Positions 14,441-24,100 of a stretch of 64,000 nt of DNA are shown here, piece by piece. The position numbers were made by a program, and so were the translations under genes. Within the stretch, counting starts at the first letter, position 1; every line of letters starts with the position of its first letter. Below the pieces are notes generated by a model that saw nothing but the letters and a program-made list of their open reading frames with translations, was not told the DNA's origin and ran no database searches. Source of the DNA: Minisyncoccota bacterium (GTDB lineage Bacteria > Patescibacteriota > Minisyncoccia > JAHIHE01 > JAGLIN01); assembly GCA_041661265.1 (NCBI GenBank), contig JBAZUT010000003.1:79191-143190 (forward strand), given 5' to 3'.

Positions 14441-17400
14441 TCAGACTACAATATTGATCAACCTACCCTTGATGAATAAAAACTTTTTTATCTCTTTCCC
14501 TTCTACCCATTTTCTGACTTTGTCGCTGGCAAGCGCAAGTTTTTTTGCTTCATCTTCAGAAATCCCTGCAGGCGCGGAAAGCTTTTCCCTGACTTTGCCG
14601 TTTATCTGGACCACGAGTTCAATTTCTGTTTCTCTTGCAGTAGATTCATCGTATTTCGGCCATTTTTCAAGATGAATACTGTCTGTACCGCCTAGGTTCA
14701 ACCACATTTCTTCCGTGATATGCGGAACAAACGGTGCGAGCATTGTTATGATAGTTGAAAATTCATTCCGGGGTATAGAGCTCAGCCTATCGTATTCATT
14801 CGAAAGGATCATGATCTGGGAAATTGCGGTATTGAACTTCATATTATCAACGTCTTCAGTAACCTTTTTTATCGCCCTATGAAGCACCGGCAACATATCA
14901 GCTTTTGATTTGTTATGCTCTGAATCCAAAAATGCAATTAATTTTGAAACGGCTTTTTTCCTATGATCGTATTTATACTTTTCAACATTCGGCATTTCAC
15001 CGAATGTTTTCGACTCTGCTTCGGGGATGAATATCGGATCATATCCGAAACCGCCATTTCCCTTTGCCATTTGCGAAACAAAACCCTTGCAAACACCGTC
15101 AAATTGCCTGAATGTGTCGTTCTTCGGATCATACATCGTAATGACAGATTTGAAATATGCTGATCGGTCATTCTTGTCGGACAATTCGCCAATTATCTGT
15201 CCTTGCGCTTGTTTATAATCACCCTTGGCAAATCTCGCCGAAAATACGCCGGGCTTTCCATCCATCGCGGCAACACTGAAGCCACTGTCATCAGCAACCG
15301 TTATATAGCCGGTTTTTTTCGCATAGTATTTTGCCTTTATCAGTGAATTATCTTCATATGTCTTGCCGTTCTCTACGGGCTCTTTGTATTTCTTTTTCAG
15401 ATCGGCAATGCATATGATATTAAAATCCTTAAAATGATCTTTTAATTCTGATAACTTGCCCTGATTGTTGGTTGCGACCAATATCGTATTTTTGACAGGT
15501 TTTGAAAACGCTATGTCTGCGTTTTGCACCTTGAATTGGAGATTCCAGATCCTTTCCAAAAACCTGTGCATTCCTATGAGACTTGTAGTTGACCAGGGAA
15601 TGGATTCGCCATACGGCCCCATGAACATCTCATATAACCTAATCGTATCGGCGCCATATTTTTCAATAACATCATCCGGATTAACGACATTTCCGCGCGA
15701 TTTGCTCATTTTTTGACCATCTTCCGCCAGGATCATCCCGTGCGATCTTCTTGTCTTATACGGCTCGCTCGTATTCACATATCCGAGATCGAACAAAAAC
15801 TTGTGCCAGAATCTGGAATACAGAAGATGAAGAGTTGTATGTTCCATTCCGCCGTTATACAGATCAACGGGCATCCAGTAATCTATTTTTTTTCTTGAGG
15901 CAAACTGCTTATCATTCCGCGGATCAAGATATCGAAGGAAATACCAGCTTGACCCTGCCCAGTTTGGCATAGTGTCGGTTTCTCTTCTGGCATCGTTCTT
16001 GCAAACGGGACACTTTATACTCACCCACTTTGTGATATTGGCAAGAGGGGATTCGCCTGTATCCGTTGGCTCATAATTCTTCACATTAGGCAATTCGAGC
16101 GGAAGGTCGGACTCATTCAGTGGAATATTCTTCGTAATATTAAGAACTTGGAATTCCCATCCAACGAGACCGTTGTTCTTTATTCTGCCAATATAATCAT
16201 TCGTAAAACCATATGACTTTTCAAGGTCATTGATGCTTTTTATTTTTGCACCCGGAAGAATCCTGGAAATGAGGTCTTTGTTCGAATATAATTCACCAAG
16301 ACCGCCAAAATTATATACCTTTTTTATCCTGACAACTTCAAAATCACCGGTATTCTTATTATTAAATTTGAGAATGTCGCCAGCCTTTATGTCTCCGAAA
16401 TATCTTTCTTTTTCATCAGGATTCAATGCTCTGGTTTCGATCGTCTTTTTTTTGCCGATGATCTGATTCCAAACATTGTTATCTCTGAAATTGAGTTCCA
16501 TTTTGACATTTATTCCCGCAAGTCCGCAATGTTTGCATTTTATGATCGGGATCGGCTCTCCCCAATAATGCTGGCGGGAGAACACCCAATCGCGAAGCTT
16601 GTAATTTACTTTTTTTTGCCCGATGCTTTTTTCTTCCAGCGATTTAATCATCTCGTTACGTGCTTGTTCCGATCTTAGGTTACTATATTTTTCCGAATTT
16701 ACTAACTGGCCATCATCACAATACGATTTTTCACCCTTCAGAAAGGCATCTCTTTCCTTTTGTATAGCTATTTCGGGAGATTCTGATCCCGACACAACAA
16801 TCGTTAAAGCCGCAGGTACAACGACTACTTTTATCGGCAACGCATATTTCTTTGCAAACACAAAATCTCTTTCATCGTGAGCTGGAACTGCCATTACGGC
16901 GCCGGTTCCATATGCCCCCAGGACATAATCGGCCACCCAGACCGGGATTTCTTCATTATTGAATGGATTTATTACTTTAAGACCTTTAATCTCTACGCCT
17001 GTTTTTTCTTTCGCCAAATCAGTCCTATCCAGATCAGGTTTATTTTTCGCCTCGTTAATATATTTCAAAACCTCATCGTAATTGTTTATTTGCGTTTTTA
17101 AAGTTTCTATAAGCGGATGCTCGGGAGCAAGAACAACGTAAGTACAACCAAAAATGGTATCGATACGGGTCGTAAACACTTCGACATTGTTTGCAACACG
17201 CCCCTCGCCCCTCTCAAGAGGGGAATATTGAATTCTAGCATTATCTTTTAACTTTTCACTTTTCACTTTAAACTTTACAGTTGCGCCTTCCGATTTTCCT
17301 ATCCAATTGATCTGCTGCGTTTTGATCTTGTCCAAATAATCCACGCTGTTCAGGTCGTCTATAAGACGCTGGGCATATTTTGTTATGCGGAGCATCCATT

Positions 17401-18067
17401 GCCTTTTCGTTCTTTTTTCAGCGACTGCGCCGCATCTTTCACAGCTTCCATCCATAACCTCTTCATTAGCCAAGCCAATCTTGCAGCTTGGGCACCAATT
17501 TATCGCCATTTCAGCTTCATAGGCCAGTCTTCTTGAATCTATGTACTCTTTTTTCCCGAGAGCATCCAGGCCGGCGGGAACATCAAGCTCCTCGATCGGA
17601 CGAGCCTTGTCTGATCTTTCATCATAAAAACTGTTGAAAAGCTTCAAAAAGATCCATTGTGTCCATTTATAATATTTCGGATCTGTCGTATTGATCTCTC
17701 TCGACCAGTCAAAGCTTGGCCCATAGCTCTTTATTTGCTTGGTAAAAGTTTTTATGTTCTTTTTCGTTACTATGGTCGGGTGAGTCTTTGTCTTAATGGC
17801 AAAATTCTCGGTCGGCAAACCAAAAGCGTCCCATCCGATCGGATAGATCACATTGTATCCGCTCATTCTTTTTTTTCGCGCGACGATATCGATCGCAATA
17901 TGGCTCCGCAGATGTCCGACATGGAGCCCTGCGCCCGACGGATAGGGGAATTCTATCAGACAATAATACTTCGGATCATTTGAGAAATCTTTGGCCTTGT
18001 ACAGTTCGCTCTTGTCCCATTTGGTCTGCCACTTTTTTTCTATCTTCCTGAAGTTATATTTTGACAT
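14441..18067 (-). CDS. leuS: leucine--tRNA ligase with inserted ASCH and RdgB/HAM1 domains
   Basis: FPYPSGAGLHVGH, GTGAVMAVPAHDERD editing domain, KMSKS, C-terminal QINGKVR; 1208 aa against the usual ~800-860. Confidence 0.95.
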   Translation of the reverse strand: MSKYNFRKIEKKWQTKWDKSELYKAKDFSNDPKYYCLIEFPYPSGAGLHVGHLRSHIAIDIVARKKRMSGYNVIYPIGWDAFGLPTENFAIKTKTHPTIVTKKNIKTFTKQIKSYGPSFDWSREINTTDPKYYKWTQWIFLKLFNSFYDERSDKARPIEELDVPAGLDALGKKEYIDSRRLAYEAEMAINWCPSCKIGLANEEVMDGSCERCGAVAEKRTKRQWMLRITKYAQRLIDDLNSVDYLDKIKTQQINWIGKSEGATVKFKVKSEKLKDNARIQYSPLERGEGRVANNVEVFTTRIDTIFGCTYVVLAPEHPLIETLKTQINNYDEVLKYINEAKNKPDLDRTDLAKEKTGVEIKGLKVINPFNNEEIPVWVADYVLGAYGTGAVMAVPAHDERDFVFAKKYALPIKVVVVPAALTIVVSGSESPEIAIQKERDAFLKGEKSYCDDGQLVNSEKYSNLRSEQARNEMIKSLEEKSIGQKKVNYKLRDWVFSRQHYWGEPIPIIKCKHCGLAGINVKMELNFRDNNVWNQIIGKKKTIETRALNPDEKERYFGDIKAGDILKFNNKNTGDFEVVRIKKVYNFGGLGELYSNKDLISRILPGAKIKSINDLEKSYGFTNDYIGRIKNNGLVGWEFQVLNITKNIPLNESDLPLELPNVKNYEPTDTGESPLANITKWVSIKCPVCKNDARRETDTMPNWAGSSWYFLRYLDPRNDKQFASRKKIDYWMPVDLYNGGMEHTTLHLLYSRFWHKFLFDLGYVNTSEPYKTRRSHGMILAEDGQKMSKSRGNVVNPDDVIEKYGADTIRLYEMFMGPYGESIPWSTTSLIGMHRFLERIWNLQFKVQNADIAFSKPVKNTILVATNNQGKLSELKDHFKDFNIICIADLKKKYKEPVENGKTYEDNSLIKAKYYAKKTGYITVADDSGFSVAAMDGKPGVFSARFAKGDYKQAQGQIIGELSDKNDRSAYFKSVITMYDPKNDTFRQFDGVCKGFVSQMAKGNGGFGYDPIFIPEAESKTFGEMPNVEKYKYDHRKKAVSKLIAFLDSEHNKSKADMLPVLHRAIKKVTEDVDNMKFNTAISQIMILSNEYDRLSSIPRNEFSTIITMLAPFVPHITEEMWLNLGGTDSIHLEKWPKYDESTARETEIELVVQINGKVREKLSAPAGISEDEAKKLALASDKVRKWVEGKEIKKFLFIKGRLINIVV

Positions 18068-18090
18068 TATTATATATTAAATTGTAATTA

Positions 18091-18942
18091 TCAGTTTATT
18101 GTTATAACGGTGATTTCAGGAGGAACGAGGAATCTCAGCGGGACAGTGCTCATTCCGATCCCGCGATTCACATACATCCTGTCATTATCTATTTTGTATA
18201 GACCGCTTATGAACCCTTTTCCGGCTTCGCGCCTTGCCGGTATAAATTGTTCGGAAAGAAAAGGTATGTATATCTGGCCGCCATGAGTGTGACCGACCAA
18301 GATAAGGTCAATGCCTTTATTCTTTGCATATTTGATCACGTTTGGAGAATGTGCCAGAAGTATTTTACATGATTTTACGCTATTATCAATGCCATTAAAG
18401 GCTTTTTCCATGTCGTCAGCATTTTCCCCGCTGGTATATGGATCCTTCACGCCCAAAATATAAAAATTATTCCCGTTAAGCGCAAATCCGTCGTTTGAAT
18501 TCGTAATGACTTTAGCCCCCGCTTTTTCAAGTTTTGTTGTAAAATCCCTCATATCAAAATCCAAAGACCAATAATCCCAATTGCCAAAAACGATATATGT
18601 CGGATACTCATTCGATATCATCCTGACCAGATCAATGGCCTTTTCAATGCCGCTCTTATCCGTTATCAGGTCGCCAGTAATAAACACAGAATCGGGCTTC
18701 TGGGACTTTATACTGCTATAGATATCGCTTATTTTCCCATCAACAGTGTCCTTATTGAAATGCAAGTCGGATATTTGAACAAATCTTACGCTGGCCCCAA
18801 GGGTGTTTGAACAATCCAGGTCAAGATCCAAAGATTCAGCTACGATCATGTTGGGTTCTATGAAATATGAGTAACCGAACACCATCATAAAAGCCGATAT
18901 AACAACAGCAACGATCCATTTTTTCTTTATCTTCAATTTCAT
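18091..18942 (-). CDS. metallophosphoesterase (YkuE-like), membrane-anchored
   Basis: SDLH, TGDL, GNWD, LAHSP, GHTHGGQ. Confidence 0.9.
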   Translation of the reverse strand: MKLKIKKKWIVAVVISAFMMVFGYSYFIEPNMIVAESLDLDLDCSNTLGASVRFVQISDLHFNKDTVDGKISDIYSSIKSQKPDSVFITGDLITDKSGIEKAIDLVRMISNEYPTYIVFGNWDYWSLDFDMRDFTTKLEKAGAKVITNSNDGFALNGNNFYILGVKDPYTSGENADDMEKAFNGIDNSVKSCKILLAHSPNVIKYAKNKGIDLILVGHTHGGQIYIPFLSEQFIPARREAGKGFISGLYKIDNDRMYVNRGIGMSTVPLRFLVPPEITVITIN

Positions 18943-18949
18943 CAGTGCT

Positions 18950-19732
18950 CTATAAATGAAATAAATTCACTGCATTCTTTGATGTTTCACGCTCAATGTT
19001 TTTTATATCCTCATTCCTCAGGTTCGATATTTTTTCCAGTGTAAATTTCACGTGAAGAGGCTCGTTCCTTTCTCCGCGATAGGGAACGGGGGACAGATAG
19101 GGACAATCAGTTTCAATCAGCATTCTGTCAAGCGGCATTTTTCGTATCACATCATGCATCTCCGATATGTCGCTTGTCGGGGCATTCTCTTTGTAATATG
19201 TAATAATCCCGGTAAAACCCAGACAAAAACCCATATCCAGGAATTTCTCCGCTATTTCCCATCCCGCAGAGAAACAATGGACGACCCCATGCCACTTTTC
19301 CGTACTAAAGCCATCCAAAACATCGATCATTTCGTTGTAGGCGTCTCTGCAGTGCAATATCACGGGTTTATTGTGCCTGAATGCCATATCCAGCTGAGAC
19401 TCAAAGGCCTCGATCTGCATATCCTGAGGGGACAGGTTTCTGAAGAAATCCAGTCCGATCTCGCCGATAGCCACAGCTTTATAATGAAGGCACAACTGCT
19501 CAAGTTTCGCGAGATTTTTTGAATCTAACGAATCTGCATCATGCGGATGAATTCCGACGGAGCAATATATATTTTCATGCTTCATGGCCAGATCCGAGCT
19601 TCGTTCGCTTGATCTCATGTCGCAGCCGACATTGATCAGCTTTTCTCCGCCATTATCAAAATACCGCCTGATGACATCATCGCGATCGGGATCAAATTCT
19701 TTAAAATCAACATGCGCATGCGTATCGATCAT
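18950..19732 (-). CDS. tatD: TatD family hydrolase
   Basis: IDTHAH, GIHPH, GEIGLD, HCR, HCFS, ETDCPY. Confidence 0.95.
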   Translation of the reverse strand: MIDTHAHVDFKEFDPDRDDVIRRYFDNGGEKLINVGCDMRSSERSSDLAMKHENIYCSVGIHPHDADSLDSKNLAKLEQLCLHYKAVAIGEIGLDFFRNLSPQDMQIEAFESQLDMAFRHNKPVILHCRDAYNEMIDVLDGFSTEKWHGVVHCFSAGWEIAEKFLDMGFCLGFTGIITYYKENAPTSDISEMHDVIRKMPLDRMLIETDCPYLSPVPYRGERNEPLHVKFTLEKISNLRNEDIKNIERETSKNAVNLFHL

Positions 19733-19749
19733 TATGGTAAAATATTTTA

Positions 19750-20127
19750 TTATTCCAATTGCTTCTCGATATTTCTGATCAGTCTGTTTAGTTCCGTCAT
19801 TAACTCGTTCAATAGCGAGTTTATAACACTGAAATCCAGCGACTTACCGAATGGCATTTTCTTGATCTCTCTGATCTTCACATCAAGCTCGAGACTTGTC
19901 TGCTGAGCTCTGATCAGCGATTCATGGAAAGATTTCGCATTACCTGTTTTTTTCCCCGAAGCAATGCTCTTTGAAATTGTGACGGAGAATCTCCTTATCT
20001 CGGAAATAGAGCTATAGTTCGCCAGATTCGGAAAATATCCCGTCAATTTTTGGATCGCGAAAACGAGCTCCAGCGATTTTTGCCATGCTGCGAGCCGTTT
20101 ATAGTCTTGATTATCATTTGTTTCCAT
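19750..20127 (-). CDS. four helix bundle protein (23S rRNA IVS protein family)
   Basis: YKRLAAWQKSLEL...YFP...EIRRFSVTISKSIASG pattern. Confidence 0.8.
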   Translation of the reverse strand: METNDNQDYKRLAAWQKSLELVFAIQKLTGYFPNLANYSSISEIRRFSVTISKSIASGKKTGNAKSFHESLIRAQQTSLELDVKIREIKKMPFGKSLDFSVINSLLNELMTELNRLIRNIEKQLE

Positions 20128-20166
20128 ATATTTGATAATATATTATATATAAATGATCTGCGTACT

Positions 20167-21699
20167 TCACTTATCTAGCCGAGGAAATAGATTGTCGCCT
20201 TTTTTTATTTTCGTGCCCGGCTTAAGCCTTCCCCAAAGGCTTGCATCTTTGATATTTTTGGACAACTCTGCCGTTCTTTCTTTTTCATCTGCGAAAAGCT
20301 GGGAGAATATCTTATCTGAGGTTTCGGGCATAAAAGGCCGTATCATCCAGGCGATATGGCGCATACATTCGAGAAGGTTGAATATCGTCATGCTTCTGTC
20401 CGCACCTTCCATTTTCCAAGGCTTCTTTTTTTCGAGATACTCATCGCACATGCTCATAAATGCCCTCATTCCAAGAAGGGATTCATTCATTTTAAACAAG
20501 TCAATCGAACTAAAATATTTCAGCCATGCATCTGCTGCAGCTCGTTCAAGATCGGTATCCGGCGGAATCGAAGTTTCGGATAGTGTGTCCATTTTTGATG
20601 CGAGCGTTAATATTCTTGCGGTCAGATTGCCTATGCCGTTTGCAAGGTCTGCCTGATATAGTTCTTCGAATTTAGCATATGAAAAATCTCCATCATCCGA
20701 AGAAGATATCTCTTTGAGGAGATAGTACCTCAGCGCGTCAACGCTTCCGTATTTTTCAACAACTTCAAAAGGATCAATGACATTGCCGAGAGACTTGCTC
20801 ATCTTTTGCCCGCCGGAGGTTATGAAACCGTGAACATATATATTTTTGGGAAGCGCCAAATCTGCGCTAAGGAGCATTCCCGGCCATATTGCGCTATGAA
20901 AACGTAAAATATCTTTTCCAATCAGATGAACGTCTGCAGGCCAATATTTCTTGTATTTGTCGGAATCTTCAGCGTATCCGAGAGCTGATATGTAGTTTGT
21001 GAGAGCATCGCACCATACATACATAGTTTGGTCATCATCGCCCGGAATGGGAATACCCCAATCCAAGACTCTTTTTGAGCGCGAAAAGCTTATATCCCTC
21101 AAACCTTCCCTCAGAACGCTTAATATCTCATTTTTCCGAGACTCTGGTATGATGTTGATCTCGCCAGACTCTATCCTTTCCCGGATCCTGTCCGTATATT
21201 TGGATAATCTGAAAAAATAGTTGTCTTCCTTTACTCTTTCCGGCTCCTTTTTATGATTCGGACATTTGCCGTCGATCAAGTCTTTTTCTGTTATGAATTC
21301 TTCACACCCGACGCAATACAGCCCTTCATAGCTGTTTTTGTAAATATCTCCAGCGTCAACAAATTTTTTCCAGATCTTCTGCGCAGACGGATAATGGCGA
21401 ACTTTGTCCGATGTCCTGATAAAATCGTCAATTGAAACATTCAGCGTCCCAAGCAGCAACCTGAATTTATCCGAATTGCCGTCAACAAATCTCTGAACGT
21501 CGATATTCTTTTCTTCGGCCGTCTTTTTTATTTTGCTGCCGTTCTCATCGGTTCCTGACAGAAAATATACATCTTCACCAAGCAAACGATGAAATCTTGC
21601 AAGGGCATCGGCCTGAAGAACTTCCATCGCATAACCGATATGAGGAGAAGCGTTTGCATAAGCGATCGATGTGGTTATATAGAATTTTTTCTTTGACAT
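20167..21699 (-). CDS. metG: methionine--tRNA ligase (short form)
   Basis: YITTSIAY, PHIGY, GTDENG, YVWCDAL, GKDILRFH, KMSKS. Confidence 0.96.
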   Translation of the reverse strand: MSKKKFYITTSIAYANASPHIGYAMEVLQADALARFHRLLGEDVYFLSGTDENGSKIKKTAEEKNIDVQRFVDGNSDKFRLLLGTLNVSIDDFIRTSDKVRHYPSAQKIWKKFVDAGDIYKNSYEGLYCVGCEEFITEKDLIDGKCPNHKKEPERVKEDNYFFRLSKYTDRIRERIESGEINIIPESRKNEILSVLREGLRDISFSRSKRVLDWGIPIPGDDDQTMYVWCDALTNYISALGYAEDSDKYKKYWPADVHLIGKDILRFHSAIWPGMLLSADLALPKNIYVHGFITSGGQKMSKSLGNVIDPFEVVEKYGSVDALRYYLLKEISSSDDGDFSYAKFEELYQADLANGIGNLTARILTLASKMDTLSETSIPPDTDLERAAADAWLKYFSSIDLFKMNESLLGMRAFMSMCDEYLEKKKPWKMEGADRSMTIFNLLECMRHIAWMIRPFMPETSDKIFSQLFADEKERTAELSKNIKDASLWGRLKPGTKIKKGDNLFPRLDK

Positions 21700-21750
21700 A
21701 TGTAAACTTATATGTTATTTAAGGATTATGAAAAATGCGGAGGTAAGAAG

Positions 21751-21975
21751 ATGAGCGAAAATATTCTTTATGCGGAAGTCCGCGACCGCGGGCATCAGGA
21801 CATCTTGATCCAAATTGGAAAAAAGATAATCGCGGCCAGGCTTGAATCATGCGACAACATGGGCATACTCGTAGTATTTAAAAAAGACAAACAGAAAGTT
21901 GTTAACAGCTACAAAAAGCGCGAAAAGAAGACATTCATTCCATGGCACCGAATAAAATGCATAGACATCCCCTGA
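21751..21975 (+). CDS. small hypothetical protein, possible Sm/Hfq-like fold
   Basis: GGAGG SD before ATG 21751; terminator atcccctg...caggggatttt immediately downstream. Confidence 0.6.
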   Translation: MSENILYAEVRDRGHQDILIQIGKKIIAARLESCDNMGILVVFKKDKQKVVNSYKKREKKTFIPWHRIKCIDIP

Positions 21976-22062
21976 TCATAACAGGGGATTTTTATTTTTT
22001 CAAATATGTACCTGTTTGACATAATGCTATATGCATATTAGAATTTTTCAGGAAGAAAATAA

Positions 22063-22350
22063 ATGGTACATCCTTTTAAAAACAGATCTATCGAAAGCGC
22101 GGAACAGCTGATCGTGGAAAGAGTGGCAAACGAGGAGATCCGGGATTTCAGCTTTTGTATCCTGAAACTGAGGCTGGGCGAGGTTTGTCCATATGAAACC
22201 CTTGAAGCTGTCCTGAACAATCTTATCGATAAGGGTAAGGTGATTAAGGGCAAAAGAACGTGTTATGGCGATCAAAGATACAATTTAGTGCAATATTCCG
22301 CACCGATCACAAAATCAACAAATCAAGGCAATTTAATTGGCCGGCTATGA
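22063..22350 (+). CDS. small hypothetical protein, possible winged helix
   Basis: Own promoter TTGACA-17-TAGAAT (22016-22044), terminator-like aattggcc...ggccaattttt at the 3' end, LEAVLNNLIDKGKV helix. Confidence 0.55.
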   Translation: MVHPFKNRSIESAEQLIVERVANEEIRDFSFCILKLRLGEVCPYETLEAVLNNLIDKGKVIKGKRTCYGDQRYNLVQYSAPITKSTNQGNLIGRL

Positions 22351-22397
22351 GGCCAATTTTTTTACTGAGTCATCGCAAAATAATTAATTTGCATCAA

Positions 22398-23063
22398 TTA
22401 ACTTACAATCACAATAAATTCACCCTTGATCTCTCCCGGGGCGATCTTTTTTATCACCTCTTCGGGCTTGCCGCGATAGATCGTTTCATACATTTTTGTC
22501 AGTTCACGACAAATGACGATGTCCCGGTCAGGAACATTGACTAGAAGACTCTGAAGCGTTTTTTCTATTCTGTGGGGCGACTCATAGAAAATTACCGTTT
22601 TATCTTCACCTTTCAAATTTTCGAAAAAGGTTTTTCTGCCCTTCTTGTGCGGAACAAACCCTAAAAACTCAAACTTATCCGTCGCGAAGCCCGAAACGGA
22701 AAGCCCGGCCGCAAGCCCCGACGGACCCGGAATTGGGATTATATTAACATTAATATTTTCATCAAGCAAGTATCTTATCAGAAGATTTCCCGGATCGGAG
22801 ATACCGGGAGTGCCGGCGTCGCTGACCAGCGCCAATTTCTTGTTCATCTTCAACAGATCGGCAATTTCCTGCATCTTTTCAAGCTTGCTGTGGTGATGAT
22901 AGCTCATCATCGGCTGATTGATGCTATATTTTTCGAGAAGAATTTTCGTATGCCTCGTATCCTCGCATAAGATCACATCCACCTCTTTTAAAACCCTCAA
23001 CGCTCTGAGGGTTATATCTTCCAAATTGCCGATAGGCGTAGCTACTATATACAGATCTGCCAT
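22398..23063 (-). CDS. rsmI: 16S rRNA (cytidine1402-2'-O)-methyltransferase
   Basis: ATPIGNLEDIT, CEDTR, SDAGTPGISDPG, YESPHR, RELTK. Confidence 0.96.
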   Translation of the reverse strand: MADLYIVATPIGNLEDITLRALRVLKEVDVILCEDTRHTKILLEKYSINQPMMSYHHHSKLEKMQEIADLLKMNKKLALVSDAGTPGISDPGNLLIRYLLDENINVNIIPIPGPSGLAAGLSVSGFATDKFEFLGFVPHKKGRKTFFENLKGEDKTVIFYESPHRIEKTLQSLLVNVPDRDIVICRELTKMYETIYRGKPEEVIKKIAPGEIKGEFIVIVS

Positions 23064-23067
23064 ATAA

Positions 23068-24096
23068 TTAATTTACTGCATGATTATGATTAACATCATC
23101 CAATATAATTGTGATTATGGCAGTAACCGGAACAGCCAGCATTGCGCCCATCACGCCGGCCAATTTTCCGCCGATCATGATCGCCAATATGATTATGATC
23201 GGATGCAGATTTACGGATTTTTCCATAACTTTGGGCACTATCAGATAATTTTCAAATTGCTGTATGAAAAAATATAGCACAAATGTCAACAGGGCATCGT
23301 TGAGCGAAATTGTCAGCGCGATGATTATCGCCGGAATGGCGGAAAGGATCGGTCCGACATAGGGAACCAGCTCAAGCATGCCCGCGATCATAGCCAGCAC
23401 CAGCGCATATTCGGTTATTCCGAGAAGATATAAGCCGACGTATGACATTATCCCGACTATAAAACCGAGCGACACCTGTCCCACGAACCACCTTCCCAGC
23501 TTGACCTGAACTTTTTTTATTATATTCAAAGATCTGTGCTGCATTTTTTGCGGAATGACATTTTTTACGAAACGCTCGACCCCATTCTCTTCGATGATAA
23601 GATAAAAAGATATCACTATTGTAAGCAGCGCCGACATAACACCGCCAAGCAGATTGAATATCCCGGCAAAAAAACTTGATGTGATATTCTTGAAGTATCC
23701 GCTCGCCTGAACCAATAAATTTTGAAGGGGTCCCGACAATTCCGACTTGAGAAGGGCGTTGTCAATTATAAAAGAATTATCCGCCAGATATTGCGGTATT
23801 ACAAGAGACAGCTGGCTTAACTGTTTTGCAAGCGGAGGAGCGATAATGAAAAACATGGATCCAAAAACGATGAAAATAATCGCAAATATTAGCATTGCGG
23901 CTATGATCCTCGGAATCTTTTTTGATTCCAGAAAATCAACGGCCGGAACGATTATCAGAGTTATCAATATCGATATAAAAAGCAGGAAGATGATATCCCT
24001 CAGGAAATACACAAATATTACGGCGAAGATCGAGATCAATATCCTGAATATGCCTTCGTATGACACATCAAGCGAGTGATGACTATTTTCATTCAT
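23068..24096 (-). CDS. AI-2E family transporter
   Basis: Multi-TM; LELVPYVGP, QQFENYLIVPK, GAMLAVP. Confidence 0.9.
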   Translation of the reverse strand: MNENSHHSLDVSYEGIFRILISIFAVIFVYFLRDIIFLLFISILITLIIVPAVDFLESKKIPRIIAAMLIFAIIFIVFGSMFFIIAPPLAKQLSQLSLVIPQYLADNSFIIDNALLKSELSGPLQNLLVQASGYFKNITSSFFAGIFNLLGGVMSALLTIVISFYLIIEENGVERFVKNVIPQKMQHRSLNIIKKVQVKLGRWFVGQVSLGFIVGIMSYVGLYLLGITEYALVLAMIAGMLELVPYVGPILSAIPAIIIALTISLNDALLTFVLYFFIQQFENYLIVPKVMEKSVNLHPIIIILAIMIGGKLAGVMGAMLAVPVTAIITIILDDVNHNHAVN

Positions 24097-24100
24097 ATTC

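Noticed and set aside
14925-16510. LeuRS insertions as inteins
   Set aside because: No C/S start or HN-C/S/T splice junctions; the inserts carry ASCH and HAM1 motifs instead.
19750-20127. Four-helix-bundle protein as the Avd of a diversity-generating retroelement
   Set aside because: No reverse transcriptase and no TR/VR pair differing at adenines is visible in the window.
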